A stretch of 64,000 bases of DNA. It comes from Blastocystis sp. Blastoise. Its lineage: Eukaryota > Protista > Bigyra: Opalinata. The stretch spans positions 62,001-126,000 of the forward strand of contig JBBPEB010000007.1 in NCBI GenBank assembly GCA_039096225.1, read 5' to 3'. The notes beneath the pieces were generated by a model. The model was not told the DNA's origin and did no database searches. It saw nothing but the letters and a program-made list of their open reading frames with translations. The position numbers and the translations under genes are program-made. Below, in pieces: positions 13,516-32,267 of this stretch. Numbering within the stretch: position 1 is the stretch's first letter; every line of letters starts with the position of its first letter.

Positions 13516-14774
13516 TTAATAATAATAGTAATGATACTACTAGTGATTCTTCAAAAGAGACAACGAAGGATAATGAATTGGATACACAGGAGTTTTTATC
13601 TTCTATTCGAACTCCTTCGAAACCATCACTGTTCTCGTCTCTCTCTTCTTCTACTTCTTTATTCTCAAATAATGCATCTAAATCAATGGTTTCTTCGTCT
13701 ATGTTCTCAAATCCTATGTTTTCTTCTTCTTCTTCTTCTTTATTCCTAAATGCTAATGCTGATACTAATTCAGTAAATAAACGAAAATCAATTATCAATG
13801 AAAATAAAAGTGTGAATAGCAATTCTTCTTCTTCAACTTATATTAATAATAACAATGATAATAATGATAATGATAATAATGATAATAATAATGATAATGA
13901 TAATAATAATGATAATAATAATAATATTTCAGATAATAATAATAATACTTTTATTTCATCTTTATTATCTCCTCATTCTTCAATAGAAGATCATTTCTCT
14001 AAGGACTATATATCTCCTTCTCCTTCTCCTTCTTCTCTCAATGAATTTCACATAGCTATTACTTCTCCTGTAACACTATCATCAATAGATTCTTCTATTC
14101 AACAATCCGAAAAACATGAAAACGCTATTAATAATCTTCAAAGTAAAAATAATGAAACTGAAATAATAAATAATAATAATAATAGGAGTATTGATGAATC
14201 CAGAACCTTTCACTATAATAATGAATTTACTAGTAATATCATTAGAGAGAATTCTCTTGATATCTCTAGTGAAACTACTATAAATAATAAGAATAATAAT
14301 AATAATGAGAATCAATCTATTGGAGATATAAATTTATTTTCTGTTCTTCATGATCCTGATGGATATAATAATAATGACGATGCTTCTCTGAATAACAATA
14401 CTGCTATTGATACTGATAATACTGATATTACGAATACAAACAGTATTCCTGCTAATGAGAAGAATCATTCTTTCCTTTCTTATCCATCCCTTAATAAAAA
14501 CACTGTTTCTCCATCTTCTTCTATACTAACTAAATCTGACTTATTTTCATTACATCCCCGCGATTCTACGTCATCAAATATATCTTTATCTGTCTCTTCA
14601 TCATCTATATTTGATATGTATAAAGACAGTTCTCCAAAAATATATCATCCTGTCTCCTTATTCTCTACAAATACAAATAGTAATAAGAGAAATGATAATA
14701 GTAGTATATCTACTATATTTGAAGGAGACATAAAGAGTTCAGAGACAGAGAGAAATGATATGTCATTTCAATAT

Positions 14775-14827
<53 letters not shown>

Positions 14828-16353
14828 TATTTCAGATAATAATAATAAATATAAGCAAATAGATGATTCTGTTATCTCAAATAGAACAGAAGCTATATCT
14901 CTTTCTAGTCATCATATATCATCAAAATCATCTTCATCTCTCTCTTCATCTTCTTCTTTATCTTCCTCAACGTCTCTATCTCTCAATAAACAAAAAGATA
15001 GTATAATTGAATCATCTAATACTATATCTTCTATTCATTCAAATAAGAAACAAACAAGTATAGTGACAAAAGACAAAACGAACTCCATGATTTCGCTCTT
15101 AGACTCAAGTATATATGAATATTCTTATATATATATATATATTATATTATTACTATAAAGAAATAATACTTCTATTATTATTATTATTAATATATATACA
15201 GGTGATGATGATCAGTTTGAAGATATATATATGAATAATAGAAATACAAAAAAACATATACATTTAAAGAATAACGATACAACAACAAATAATCACTCGA
15301 CAAAGCATTCCAATGCACATAAAAATAATATTTCTTCTTCTCTTCCTTCTTTTCCTTCTCTTCCTTCTTCTTCTCTTCATGATTTACTTTCTTCGGACTC
15401 TGATTCTGAAATCGATTCTTCACTATTTCCAACGACACTCAAAAGTAACCAATCATCTTTCAGTATCAGAAACAGTAATACTATATCTACTACTGATAAA
15501 TACCAACATAATACTATTCATAAATCCATGGATCATAGATCTTCTATTAATGAAGATTATCTTGATTCTATAAGTCATAATAAACAAATAGAAAGGAATT
15601 CACCAAAATCAAATATTAATAAACCACTCGCTATAAACCAAAATAAAACAACATTGAAGTATAGATATATATTAATTATAATAATATACGTATATATTAT
15701 ATGTTTGAATTATAAAGTTACTTTATATGTATATATATATATATATATTATATATTTAATAATTCATTTTTTAATCATAATGATAAATAATTATAATAAT
15801 GATATATAATTATAATATATATATATATAGGCATACGAAAGAGATCTCTCCTTCTCTCTCTGCTTCAACAGTAGCTGTTCCTACACGTTCTTCTCTTCCA
15901 GGAACTTTTATAAATAACAAGAGACAAACAATTACTGTATTTATTATATATTATATACTCTATTATATATTTATTATATTACATATTCTATAAGCAAAAT
16001 AAATTATACATTTTTTATAAGCAAAATAAATTATACATTTTTTATAAGCAAAATAAACTATATATATTTTATAAGCAAAATAAACTATATATATTTTATA
16101 AGCAAAATAAACTATATATATTTTATAGGATAAATCAAATAATAAGCGAACAAATTTAGAATTATGTTATGATGGATTTGGAGGTACTGGATATAAATAT
16201 AAAACTTCATCAGGAACTATAGTGTCATTATCTTCTTCATCTAATAAATTAACGGTATTTTTCTTTTCATTGATATTTTTTTTAAATATAAATATTATAT
16301 AGAAATCAAATAAGAATGGAAAATTAGATTCATTTTTCAAACAGTCAAAATAA
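11511..16353 (+). CDS. TRAIP: TRAIP-like RING E3 ubiquitin ligase: N-terminal RING, coiled coil, long Asn/Ser-rich region; many exons
   Basis: RING 'CAIC...CGHCFHVNC...CPVC' and coiled-coil exons. The C-terminus has 'YDGFGG' and PIP-like 'KLDSFF', resembling TRAIP's FDGLGG and KLDTF motifs. Confidence 0.65.
15988..16127 (+). repeat. Intronic minisatellite, about 5 copies of a 26-27 bp unit
   Basis: Repeated 'tataagcaaaataaa(t/c)tata(c/t)at...ttt'. Confidence 0.85.
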
Positions 16354-16554
16354 ATTGAATTTTATTTGTAAAGTATTAATCAATCTATTATGAAGATAAA
16401 CTGTTATTTGTAATAAACAAAACAACACATACAAAAAAATAAAGTTTTTCTTTTGTGATTCATCAATAATAAAGAACAAATAACGGAGTATATATGAGGA
16501 CAAAATAGATAACAACTAGAAGATAGAGTAAACAATATAATATATTCATATAAT

Positions 16555-16782
16555 TTAATGCATAGGAGTTTGTTTGTGAGAGAATAAATAGGGGATGCAG
16601 ACAGCAGCAGCAACAGCCCACCAAGAAAGAGGTTGAGCAAAATTTAAATTCCACTTGAACCATTTATGGAAACCAGGTATAATAACACGTTCATCTTCTT
16701 GATTAACGTAGAACATATGATATTTGTAGTATTTCTTGTCTTGTTCAGGAGCAACAACAGAAGTAACAGTTTCAGGTTCCAT
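16555..16782 (-). CDS. Small DUF5808-like membrane-associated protein, intronless
   Basis: 'MFYVNQEDERVIIP...WNLNFAQPLSWW' plus a hydrophobic tail resembles the FYxNPxD...WTxNFA.P..W pattern of DUF5808. Confidence 0.6.
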   Translation of the reverse strand: MEPETVTSVVAPEQDKKYYKYHMFYVNQEDERVIIPGFHKWFKWNLNFAQPLSWWAVAAAVCIPYLFSHKQTPMH

Positions 16783-17880
16783 TTTCAAAAAGCTATAATA
16801 ATAATGAAATAGATATGAATGTGATAATCTTAATTGTGATGATAATAATGAAATAAAATTAGACTAAAATACTTACGTTTATAAAACAATACTAGTAAAA
16901 AAAGAATGTAAATCGAAAAATGAAAACAAATAAAAAGAAACCAAAAGAAATGACTGGTGATGATTAAGGACCAAATTATGGAGAACCCAAAATACATATC
17001 CCACAAAAGTACCGAGATGAATTTGGGGAATCTGCATAAAAGAAGAATAAAAATCGATGCATTTTTCATATATGAAATGAACCAATAAATCATTTCATTT
17101 TTAAAATTCGGTCCTCTTTTCATGTTCATTGGGTGTGTCATTCCTCTTTTTTGTGAACAACACTTCTTATCCATTCTTTTTATAATAGACTATATTGTTA
17201 TAAATATTACAATCCATATATTTAAAAATATTATATTCATAAGTTGCTTATCTCTTAATAAAAAAAAATAATTGTCATAAGAATCTTCAATAATTTTATG
17301 ATGAACAATTATTTCTCTTTTTTTTCTTATAAAAGGGAATAAATGATCTTTATTTTTATCGATGCAGTATAAATGAACAATAAAAAACATTTATTTATAC
17401 AAATCATTTACTAGAAATATATAGTAAATCAAAATAAGAGACTGTTACCTTTTTGATGTGTAAAGACCGATTAATGTAACAAAGTATACTTAAAAGTTAG
17501 TACTTTTAGAGAAATATATATCGTGTTTTCATAATTTTTTTGATTTTCTTTAGAGTATAGAATGATCTTCTTTGTCTATTTGAAACAAGCCTCAAAATAA
17601 TTCTGTATAAAGCATTTAAATTATTACTAAAAATAGACAATGAATAATATTTTTCTTTATAAGTTCATGATTTGTTTAAATAACACTCAATAGAATAGTA
17701 TAAAACCAATAGAGTACTTATAAATATTAATTAAGTAATGAAACTCTATTGAATAGGGTATTGTTCTTCTCAAAATAGTTTTATAAATAAAAGCTTTCTG
17801 AAAGTGAAAAACAGAAGTTTTTACATGAATATTTATTAGAATGATTCATTTTTTTTTTTCTAAGTTTACACAAATAGGAC

Positions 17881-19165
<1,285 letters not shown>

Positions 19166-19666
19166 TATATATATATATATAATCAATGAGTTATTCCTTT
19201 CTTTTAATTATTTCATTACATTTTATATATTTAATTTTTTTTTATAATGATTTAAAATATATATAATCATATTTCGAATACAATTTCTTTTTTTATTTTT
19301 ATCTATTCAGATAAGATGTTTCATTTATATAATTAAATTATTAGTGTAATGAAATATATGTAAATATTAATTTGTATATAAATATGTATGTCTTCCTTTG
19401 TTTTCTCTTAAGGATCATTTCACAGGATTTATATACACGAATGTCTAGTTTTTTACTGTTTTTATTTTTATACTTTGTCAGCAATTTATTATCTCTTTGC
19501 TTTGTTGCTCTATGAATATATATAAACGAAATATTTTATAAAACATAAATCTTTAGAAAATTGAATAAAAACTCTTCTTTTTTTCAATAAACGAAGCAAT
19601 AACACACAAGTGGTCTTTTCTTTTTTTTTTAACTTTAATCTTTCACAATATACACTTTATAATACC

Positions 19667-20262
19667 ATGAGTTCTATTGATTTTTCAATATACGATAAAG
19701 ATCAGCTTGAATTTATGAAAGAGGAATGTATTCTCGTCAACTCTCAAGATGAAGTACTTGGACATGCATCAAAAATTGATTGCCACCTCTTAAAAAATCC
19801 AGATGATAAAGGGTTATTACATAGAGCATTCAGTGTTTTTCTATTTAACAATAAAAAAGAACTCTTATTACAACAAAGGAGTAGTGAGAAGGTTACTTTC
19901 CCATTATTTTGGGCAAACACATGTTGTTCTCATCCTCTTTTTTGTGAAAATGAGTTGATTGAGGGCCATAAATTAGGTATTAAAAAGTATATATATATTT
20001 TATAAGTAGTATACAATTTTTGATTACTTATAAACAAACAGTAACTCTTCTTCAATATATAGTGCTGCCAAAAGAAAGTTAAATCACGAATTAGGTATTC
20101 CATTAGAAGAAATTCACATTGATGATATGAAATATTTATCAAAGGTACTTTATATTATATATTAAAAATATTATTGAATTTTATCTTTGATATTTAAGTT
20201 TTCTTTTATCTAAAAACCAAATGAACTACTTGTTTTTTTTCCATTTTTTATTAGTAATACTC

Positions 20263-20297
<35 letters not shown>

Positions 20298-20443
20298 TTG
20301 AATACTCTGCAAACTATAATACTCAATGGGGTGAGAATGAAGTTGATAATATTATAGTTATGAAACCAAAAAATGACGTTCATATTTATATAAATGAGAA
20401 TGAAGTCAATAATATTCATTGGTTTACAAAAGAGAATTTATTA

Positions 20444-20480
<37 letters not shown>

Positions 20481-20618
20481 TTTAATATTTAGTTTATTGA
20501 AGAAGCACCTTCTAATAATATTCATGTATCTCCTTGGTTAATTCTTATATGTAAACAATATATTGAAGATATTTTTTCTATTGCTGAATCTTTTGATTCT
20601 TTTAAAGAATCCTTTTAA
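19667..20618 (+). CDS. IDI1: Isopentenyl-diphosphate delta-isomerase type 1, 4 exons
   Basis: 'LLHRAFSVFLFN...LLQQRSSEKVTFP..WANTCCSHP', 'ELGI', 'WGENEVD', 'SPW'. Confidence 0.95.
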
Positions 20619-20802
20619 TTACTCTCATTATTATTTGTAGTATTGTTCTCTATATTTTACACATATTAATCAAACAACAAAACAACAGCAATAATAAACT
20701 ACATATATAAATTCACATTATTCATAGAAAAAAAAATAAAAAGGATAAAAATGAAAAGCGAAAAAGTATTTAAAAAAGCATAGATATCCATTAATTCATT
20801 GT

Positions 20803-21603
20803 TTATTCATCATCCTCATCATCATCGACTTCCTCTTCTTCATCATCATTATCATCTTCTTGTTCTTCAGAATCTTCATTATCTTGTTCTAGTTCTTGTT
20901 CTTCATCGTCAAGATCACTATTAAAATCATCATCATCATCACTATTTAAATAGCAAGCAATATCTTTATCGGTGTTACCAAGAAGAATCTGAAGAGCTTT
21001 CTCCTTAATTTTCTTAAGACCTTCTTCATCAAGATTATTGACATCAACACCAAGATCTTCATTTAAATCAGCAAGATCTGCATCAAATTGATCATTATCA
21101 ATACACTCAGTGAAAGTAGAAAGCCATGTATCAAAATCGTCAGCTACATGGTACATATAATTACAGTTACTACAGAATTTATCTCTCTTATAAGTCTCAG
21201 GATCTTGAGTGAAGTCTTCCTTCTCGTTAGAAAGGAAATAAACGTTTCCAGCATTCTTTTTTCCACAAGCAAGAAGAATGTAATTACCAAAAGTATCTAC
21301 AGCAATAGGAATGTATTCAGAAGACTTAATCTTAGCATCTTCAAATAAATCAGCATCTTTTTCAAGAACAGAAAGTATATCTTCATGTGCTTCACCACCA
21401 AGAGAAAGGAAATAATCAACAGCTTCAGTAGCATCACTAAGACCAACAGGTACAAAAGCATTAGGATCAGGTAAACCACCATTATGGGCTAAAAGGAAAG
21501 TTTTATAAGCGGCGGGAAATGAACACTCTAACTTATTCTCATATTCAGCAATTTTCTTATCATCAACACCTTCTTTACAATCTATATATACAATATGACT
21601 CAT
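20803..21603 (-). CDS. SMI1/KNR4 (SUKH) family protein with acidic tail, intronless
   Basis: 'IAEYENKLECSFPAAYKTFLLAHNGG...YIPIAVDTFGNYILL...GNVYF...VADDFDTWL'. Confidence 0.85.
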   Translation of the reverse strand: MSHIVYIDCKEGVDDKKIAEYENKLECSFPAAYKTFLLAHNGGLPDPNAFVPVGLSDATEAVDYFLSLGGEAHEDILSVLEKDADLFEDAKIKSSEYIPIAVDTFGNYILLACGKKNAGNVYFLSNEKEDFTQDPETYKRDKFCSNCNYMYHVADDFDTWLSTFTECIDNDQFDADLADLNEDLGVDVNNLDEEGLKKIKEKALQILLGNTDKDIACYLNSDDDDDFNSDLDDEEQELEQDNEDSEEQEDDNDDEEEEVDDDEDDE

Positions 21604-22359
21604 CGTTACTTTATTTTTAAAAAATATATGTCTTCTTTCTCCACTTATTTCCTTTAGGATTGTTAGTGATTTCGCCAACCTTAAATATCATACTTATATA
21701 TTGACACTACAGAAAATAAGCCAATCAAAACTCATAAATATCGAGATACAAACGATATTTATCCAATAAAAGAAGACAACAACTTTAGATTCTCTCTTTG
21801 TAATAATTAAACTAATTTATTAAAAATAAACAAGTGACCCATTTCTATTTTTGAACCGAAGTGATTTTTGGGAAAGAAATTTTTTAGAATTTTTTTGAGT
21901 TCTGTTCAGTTATTTCCCTCCTCTTTTTGGCTTTTATCAAGTATTTTTTAAAATTTATTATTATTCATTTTACTGTCTCCAAATGTATTGTTATGTATTT
22001 GTTTTGAATTCTAGAAAGGTGGTGGTTCAGTTTCGAGTAATTGTCAATTAGTTATATTTATAACATCTTCTTATAAATGATGAGATATAAAATATCTTAC
22101 TATTTCTAGAACTTTAAATAACAACTCAATTTTACACACATTTAGTTTTATTTTTTATTTTTTACCTTTCAGAGAACAGTAATTAATATTTAAACTTCAA
22201 AATTTATACGTTTAAGTCACAAAAACATTTTTTAAAGATCATTCTCTTTTTACTTCTTAACAAACAAAAAGGTTTCATTAAATTTACAGACTATTAAGTT
22301 TTGGGATTGCCAAATAAATTGATAAATTCGAAAATCAACAATTTATTTACAAATTGAAA

Positions 22360-23298
22360 ATGTTTTTATCTAGAGTGACACCTTCATTCGTGTACTGGAC
22401 AAGTTTTAGAAGGTTCTTCGCGAAAAGTATTAATATAAAAAGTCAATATCCAGAACTCTTTGAACATTTATCACCTCCCTCAAAGCAATATATCGAATCT
22501 CATCCAGAAATCTACAAAAAGACTGTTTTAGAATGGGTGTGTGAAGTAGGATCCGATCATACTTGGAAACAATCTCTTGGCCAACGACTAAACTCTTATA
22601 ACTCTATTCATCGTTGTATATTTATAATTCTCATTATTCATTCACATAATAGAATGCTTTATTACTTATTTTAATAGTTAATTGTCCATTTTGTTGTGGT
22701 GCTCGTTTCTCAATTACTAATTCTGTTGCTAAAAAAAATCCAGGATTATTAAAATATTGGGATTATGAACGAAATGGTTCGATTACTCCTGAAACTATTT
22801 CTTATCAATCACATAAAAGTATTTTTTGGCAATGTCCAAATCATAAAGATCATCATTTTAAGAAAGCACCTTTTCAAATGGCTTTGATCAAAGAAGGATG
22901 TATGCAACGATATTTATAGATTATTTTTTCAATGTTTTTTTATAAATTAATATATATATATTTACTATTGTTTTTCATTGATATATAGATTGTCCTTATT
23001 GTGATAATCAGATCATTTCAGACAGTTCTAGAATCACAACAAACTTCCCTGATATTGCTAAAGAATGGGATAAAACCAAGAATACCGAGAACGTAGAAGA
23101 TGTTATGTATACGTCATTTAAGAATTACTGGTGGAAATGCAGTAAGAATCCTGAACATATATATCAATGTACACCTTATTATAGATGTGTTTTAAAACAA
23201 GGTATATATATATATTGTATTATTATATGTATAGTATTATATGTATTTAGTATTATTATATATTTATATATATATATTTATTATTATTATATATATAT

Positions 23299-23330
<32 letters not shown>

Positions 23331-24074
23331 TAGAATGCCCTTATTGTACAAATTCTAGAGTATCCTCGACATATAATTTAGCGCTTATATATCCAGAAGT
23401 TGCTGAGGAATGGCACCCTACTAAAAATGGCGGGCTTTTACCTACGGACGTTATGCCCAGTGGGCGCCAAAAGATTTGGTGGCAATGTAAACAGCATCCT
23501 GAACATGAATGGATGGCTAGTATCTATAATCGTATCTCTGGAACAGGTATATATATATATATATAATATTTGTTTTATATTTACAATTATGTAGTATATT
23601 ATTTCAGTTATGTAGTTTATTATTTAATAATTTTTTTATTATTCAAAAATTATGATTCTATATATAATAATTATGATTCTATATATATAATTATTATTAT
23701 TTTATTATTCAACAATTATGATTCTATATATAATATATATGATTCTATATATATAATAATTATTTTATTATTCAACAATTTTGACTCTATATATATAATA
23801 TATAATTACTGTGTATAATTATTCTATATATTATTCTATATAGGCTGTCCTATATGTGCCGATAGAGGTAGATATAAGAAGATTCCAGAAAGCAAAACAC
23901 TTTCTTCTGTTTATCCTGATATATATAAAGAAATAGATACCAGTACAATTAAAGATACGGATAAGATCTCCAATTTATCCAGTAAATCTGTGAGATTGTT
24001 AACCTGGAAATGTACGAAACATAATTATATATATCAACAAAAAGTAATCGACCGCGTAAAAATGGAAGCAAAAC

Positions 24075-24141
<67 letters not shown>

Positions 24142-24321
24142 TCTTTTTATATTTTACATTCACTTCATACTTCTTATATACATAACTTTCTTCTCTATAT
24201 AGACACATCCATGTGTCCTGAATGCGCAAAAGAACTTTCTATTGCATTTCCTAAAGAGAAAACTGAAAATAAAACACATAAAAAACAAAAAAACTCTAAA
24301 AATGTTTTAAAAGATATTTGA
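22360..24321 (+). CDS. Tandem zinc-ribbon (DUF4379/treble-clef-like) repeat protein with putative mitochondrial/MRO presequence, 6 exons
   Basis: Five repeats of 'P....EWhptKN....V...S.k..WW.C..H.....R....CPxC'. N-terminus 'MFLSRVTPSFVYWTSFRRFFAK'. Confidence 0.8.
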
Positions 24322-25160
24322 ATTGATTATTATTTATAGTATACTCTTAATTATATATATATATATATATATCTTTATCTTCATTTTCGTTTTTCCCTTC
24401 TGTTATATTAAATAGTATAATCTTTTGTCACATTTTCTATATTGATATATATATATAATGAATTTGTTTGTTATATTCTCTATTATTCAAGGATTATGTA
24501 TAACAATACACTATCTATAAAAGTTCATTCTATTTTATTATTTTATATATATATGTAGAAAACAATCATTATAGAGTCAAAAGTATTAGTATCATGTATT
24601 GATAATTATAACATTATATTACATATTAATAAAGATCTAATACAGATATTATTATTATATTATTTTGCACACCTCTTCAAGATTTATGGTGATATAAACG
24701 AAAAATCTAATTATATTTCAATAGTTCATACAATTTCGCTTATTCTGTTTATTATGATATTATGTATAATAGAATACACTAATTCGACTTATTATTATAA
24801 TAATCATCATATAACAAAACAATAGAATGTAGATAAATATAGTATTCAAGTCAAATAACATAAAAAACAGAAGAAAAAGAAAACAGCAAAAAATTATAAA
24901 AATACTAAAATAATTGAAGAAATCAATATATATTTATATTATGAAATCATAAGTATTTATAACATAAAAGAGAACAACAAAAAAGAAACTTAAGTAGAAA
25001 GAGAATGTTTAAAAGAATCAAATCCGAATTATTTATTAATCATAATTCTGAATGAAAAAAGAAGAAAAGACAATTCAACGAATGAAACTTAAGAAATAAA
25101 AATAAATGTATATAGTGATAATCCCCTATATATATAGCTAATATAGCACGATTCCCACGG

Positions 25161-25610
25161 TTATTCCCGACCCTCTCCTTTGGCCATTCGTACAGCGGCC
25201 GCGCTGTCCAGACGCATGCCGCTATATTCAGGGTGAAACTGGAGGATTTCTATTAAGAACTTAGCTTTTAATTCTTCTCTATTTAATGGTTTATTTTCTT
25301 CATAACTGAATTTTTTTTCAGACACAATTTCAGATGTTGGATCACGAATATCGCGGAAATAAGGATGAGACAGAGCTTCCCCCGCGGTTATTCTCTTATT
25401 TGGATTAAAGCAAAGCAATTTATCTAATAAATCAGCAGCCAATGGATTTATCTATATATATATATATATATATTGAATATGATTATTTGCATAATAATAT
25501 AGATAATAAAATATATATATAAGGAAATAAAGATTATATATATATATATATTGAATATGATTATTTGCATAATAATATAGATAATACAATATATATATAA
25601 AGAAATAAAG

Positions 25611-25643
<33 letters not shown>

Positions 25644-26270
25644 AATATGATTATTTGTATAATATAGATAATAAAATGTATATATAAGGAAATAAAGATT
25701 ATATATATATATATACTCCCGGGAACATGAGTTGATAGTTAACTTTAGGATATCCTTTAAATTTCGATATATATATTTTGCCTTTTTCATTCTTAATAAA
25801 TTGCATATCTTCTTCAGAGGGTGTTCCTAGCTTCTTTACTATACATTCCAACATCTGTAAGTAATTCTCACCTATATATATAATTATAGTAAGAATAAGA
25901 GTCATAATATAATAGAAAGACGATATATATGTATTGATAATACTACAAAAATACATATTATTATTATTATATATATATATATACCTTTAAACATAACATC
26001 TTTTTCTATACATTCCGCCATAACGCAGCCTGCAGCCCAAAGATCTACGCCCTATAATCACGGGAATATACACATTATATATAGATGAGGAAAATAATGT
26101 ATAATTTATAATAAAGAAATATTTTTATATAACATTATATATATATACATATCCATAATCACAAGAAGACAGCATGATTTCAGGAGCACGATAATACCGT
26201 GTGACGACATACTCCGTCATCTTCTTGTCGTCATCAACATCCAATGAACGAGCAAGACCGAAATCACAAA

Positions 26271-26313
<43 letters not shown>

Positions 26314-27126
26314 TCGTAAAAAATAAAAAGAATCATATATATATATATATACTTTAAGTTTACAGTCCCTGCTAACGAGTATATTTGATGGTTTTATGTC
26401 TCTATGAACAATATCGGAACTATGCAAATAGTATAACCCTTTTAATAACTATATATATATAAGTCTATTCATATAAATAGATATAAGCAAAAAAATAACC
26501 ATATATATATAGCAATAATTATAATAATATATATAATAATAATAGTCATATTATATAAATAATAATAATAATTCTACTATTATATAAATAATAAACATAC
26601 TTCGTACATAAACACTTGTAAATGATCGTCTGTTAACGTCTGTTTCGAATTAATGACACGACTCAAATCAGTCTCCACAAACTCATTTACTATATACCTA
26701 TATATATATAGTTAGCAAATCATTTAATTATAATAAAAATATTATATACATATCTTCAAAAGTAGAATAAGAAAGAGGCGGAACGAGATCAACGATAGAT
26801 AATATATTAGGATGATGGCAATGTCTTAAAATCTCGATTTCTCTTAATATTCGCTTTCCTTCACCGATAGAATCAAGTACATGAGGTACTTTTTTAATAG
26901 CCACTGTTTTATGCGTTTGAGAATCTTCAACACTAATGACAACACCATAACCTCCTTGACCTATAACTCTTGGATTAATATATTTTGATTGAATGATGAA
27001 AGGAGTCGACGATGTTGTATATCTTACCAATTGCTCTTTCTTAAAAATGGTTGCATGATGTCTGTTGTTTTTACGCTCTATATATAGTGAGCTATGTATC
27101 TCTGAATGTGGTGGATTCTTATCCAT
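25161..27126 (-). CDS. MAP kinase with TEY activation motif, multi-exon
   Basis: 'IGQGGYGVV', 'VAIKK', 'HRDIKPSN', 'ICDFGLAR', '[14 protein letters not shown]', 'ALSHPYF'. Confidence 0.93.
25455..25715. repeat. Intronic minisatellite (about 3.5 copies, roughly 75-85 bp unit) in the last MAPK intron
   Basis: Repeated '(ta)n ttgaatatgattatttg...gaaataaagatt'. Confidence 0.8.
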
Positions 27127-28259
27127 TCTAAGTTTTCAGTTTTAAATTTCTATTTGATTTTTTTAAAATATTTTATTTTTTCCCCCAAATTGCATCAAGA
27201 TATTCTTGGTTTTCTCACTAACCATGTGATTCTTTGTTTATTTATAATTTATTCTTTAAGTATATTCTTCTTATCATTCACCATTGACAAATAGTTACTA
27301 CGAAATTTAAGAGATACTTGTCAATCTCATTATACGAATAAGACCATTTCACGTGTATCTTTTCTTTGTATAAACATAATTCTCGTACTATGCTTTTATT
27401 TGAACTGATTCTAATCTATATATTGCTCTTATGATTGAATAGTAGTTTTTGAAAATACAATCTCGTAATCTTTTTCTTTTATATCACTATTCATAACATA
27501 TATCTGCATACAACTATGTATTATACAATCTATACATTTTTAGTTACATTTCTTTATCAAATAACTTTTGAAATATTACTGATTTCAGGATATTTTTGGT
27601 TTGATATCAAATATTTTCATAAATACTGATGTAAATTAAAGGCTGTTTTTATAAAATAGTATATTTCAAACCATAAAAGTGCCCAAAAGAGACATTTCTC
27701 AAGACTAGAAAATTCTGTTCAAAAAATTGTATATTTTAAATCATGTCACACTCTATTTCTCAGTATATTCAGTTCATATATTCCTATTCCACATTAAAAA
27801 AGAGTAACTCAGAAAAAGATTCAAATTAAATTTGTTCTTTTTTTAGTATTTATCATTTTAATGTACTTTTTAGATTATGTATATAATATATTCGCTAGAA
27901 TATCATGAAAATATACGAATGAGATTCATCATGTAGACTCATCCTTGCGTAATTAAGATTTTTTGAGTTCTTCATGCAATTGATTTGAATGTTGTTTTTT
28001 AAATCAGTCCAATTCATATTTAAAAAATGGAATAAAAAGCATGAAAATGTAATTAAGCAAAATCCATGGGAATGTTTAAGAATTCCTGTATAAAAAAGAA
28101 ATTTATTTTTATTTTATTTAAACTGAATCAACTCTTCCTGTTATTGATAGGAATATCATTATAAATGTATTTTACTATAAGCATCATATCTTCACTTATA
28201 TCTCATGAATATAGATACTTATTATACAAAATAAAGAATAGTTTGATTAATCATACGTT

Positions 28260-31343
<3,084 letters not shown>

Positions 31344-32228
31344 TAATAATATATACTACTTGTACTCTTATTCCTTTTTCTTATTATTTTAATTTACTAT
31401 TTATATTTTCAACTGTTTTATTCTTGTTTCTTAATGTACATAGTACTTGAAGAATAGTTCATTTATAACAAAACATGCAATATAGACTAATGTATATATT
31501 AAAACAAGAGATATATAAATTAAAAATAAAAAGTAGTATATGTATAGATAGATAGAATATCAAATACTCAATATAAATACAGACTACTTAAGTATGAAAT
31601 AAAAGAGTAAAAGATATACAAGACTATTGTTATAAGCCTAAAATATAAATATAAAAATGATTTCAGCACATAATTATATTATAAATAGAGATATAAGCAA
31701 CAATAAGTATATATATAAAATTCATTGTTATACAATATATATATACCATACACAATAGTATATATAATAAAAATAACAAGATTATAGATTATATAGAAAA
31801 AGGAATAGATATATATAAATTATTTTATTTTTTGAATTACGGAATCAAGAACAGACTATAAATAGCAACATTATATAAAAAGAAAAATAATATACATTTT
31901 ATTATTAATAAAAATACATATATATATTTATTAATTTTAGAAAAAAATAATAATTCTAAGATAAATATATATATATAAATAAAAGACTAGACTGACAAAA
32001 GAATATATTTCTTACAAAAAAAAATTAAATAAAATAGTAAGAAATGAATTATGAAGAAAATAATAATCATGATTATTAAAATACAGTAAGGGAAAAAAGA
32101 AAGAAAAATAATAATAATAATATATATATAGAATAATTCTGAGAATATAATGATAAGTAAAAGTCTGTTACAGAATAAACAGTAAATAAAAATAGAAAAT
32201 CTTTAAGCAAAGAACATACATAAAGAAT

Positions 32229-32267
<39 letters not shown>

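Noticed and set aside
13295-13822. Poly-Leu/poly-Ile ORFs here and at 36605-37274, 18340-18470, 30466-30700 and 60710-60901
   Set aside because: Antisense or off-frame translations of (AAT)n/(ATT)n microsatellites; not genes.
16830-17390. ORFs of 66-114 aa upstream of the DUF5808-like gene
   Set aside because: Composition is typical of AT-rich non-coding DNA, with no recognisable motif or splice structure.
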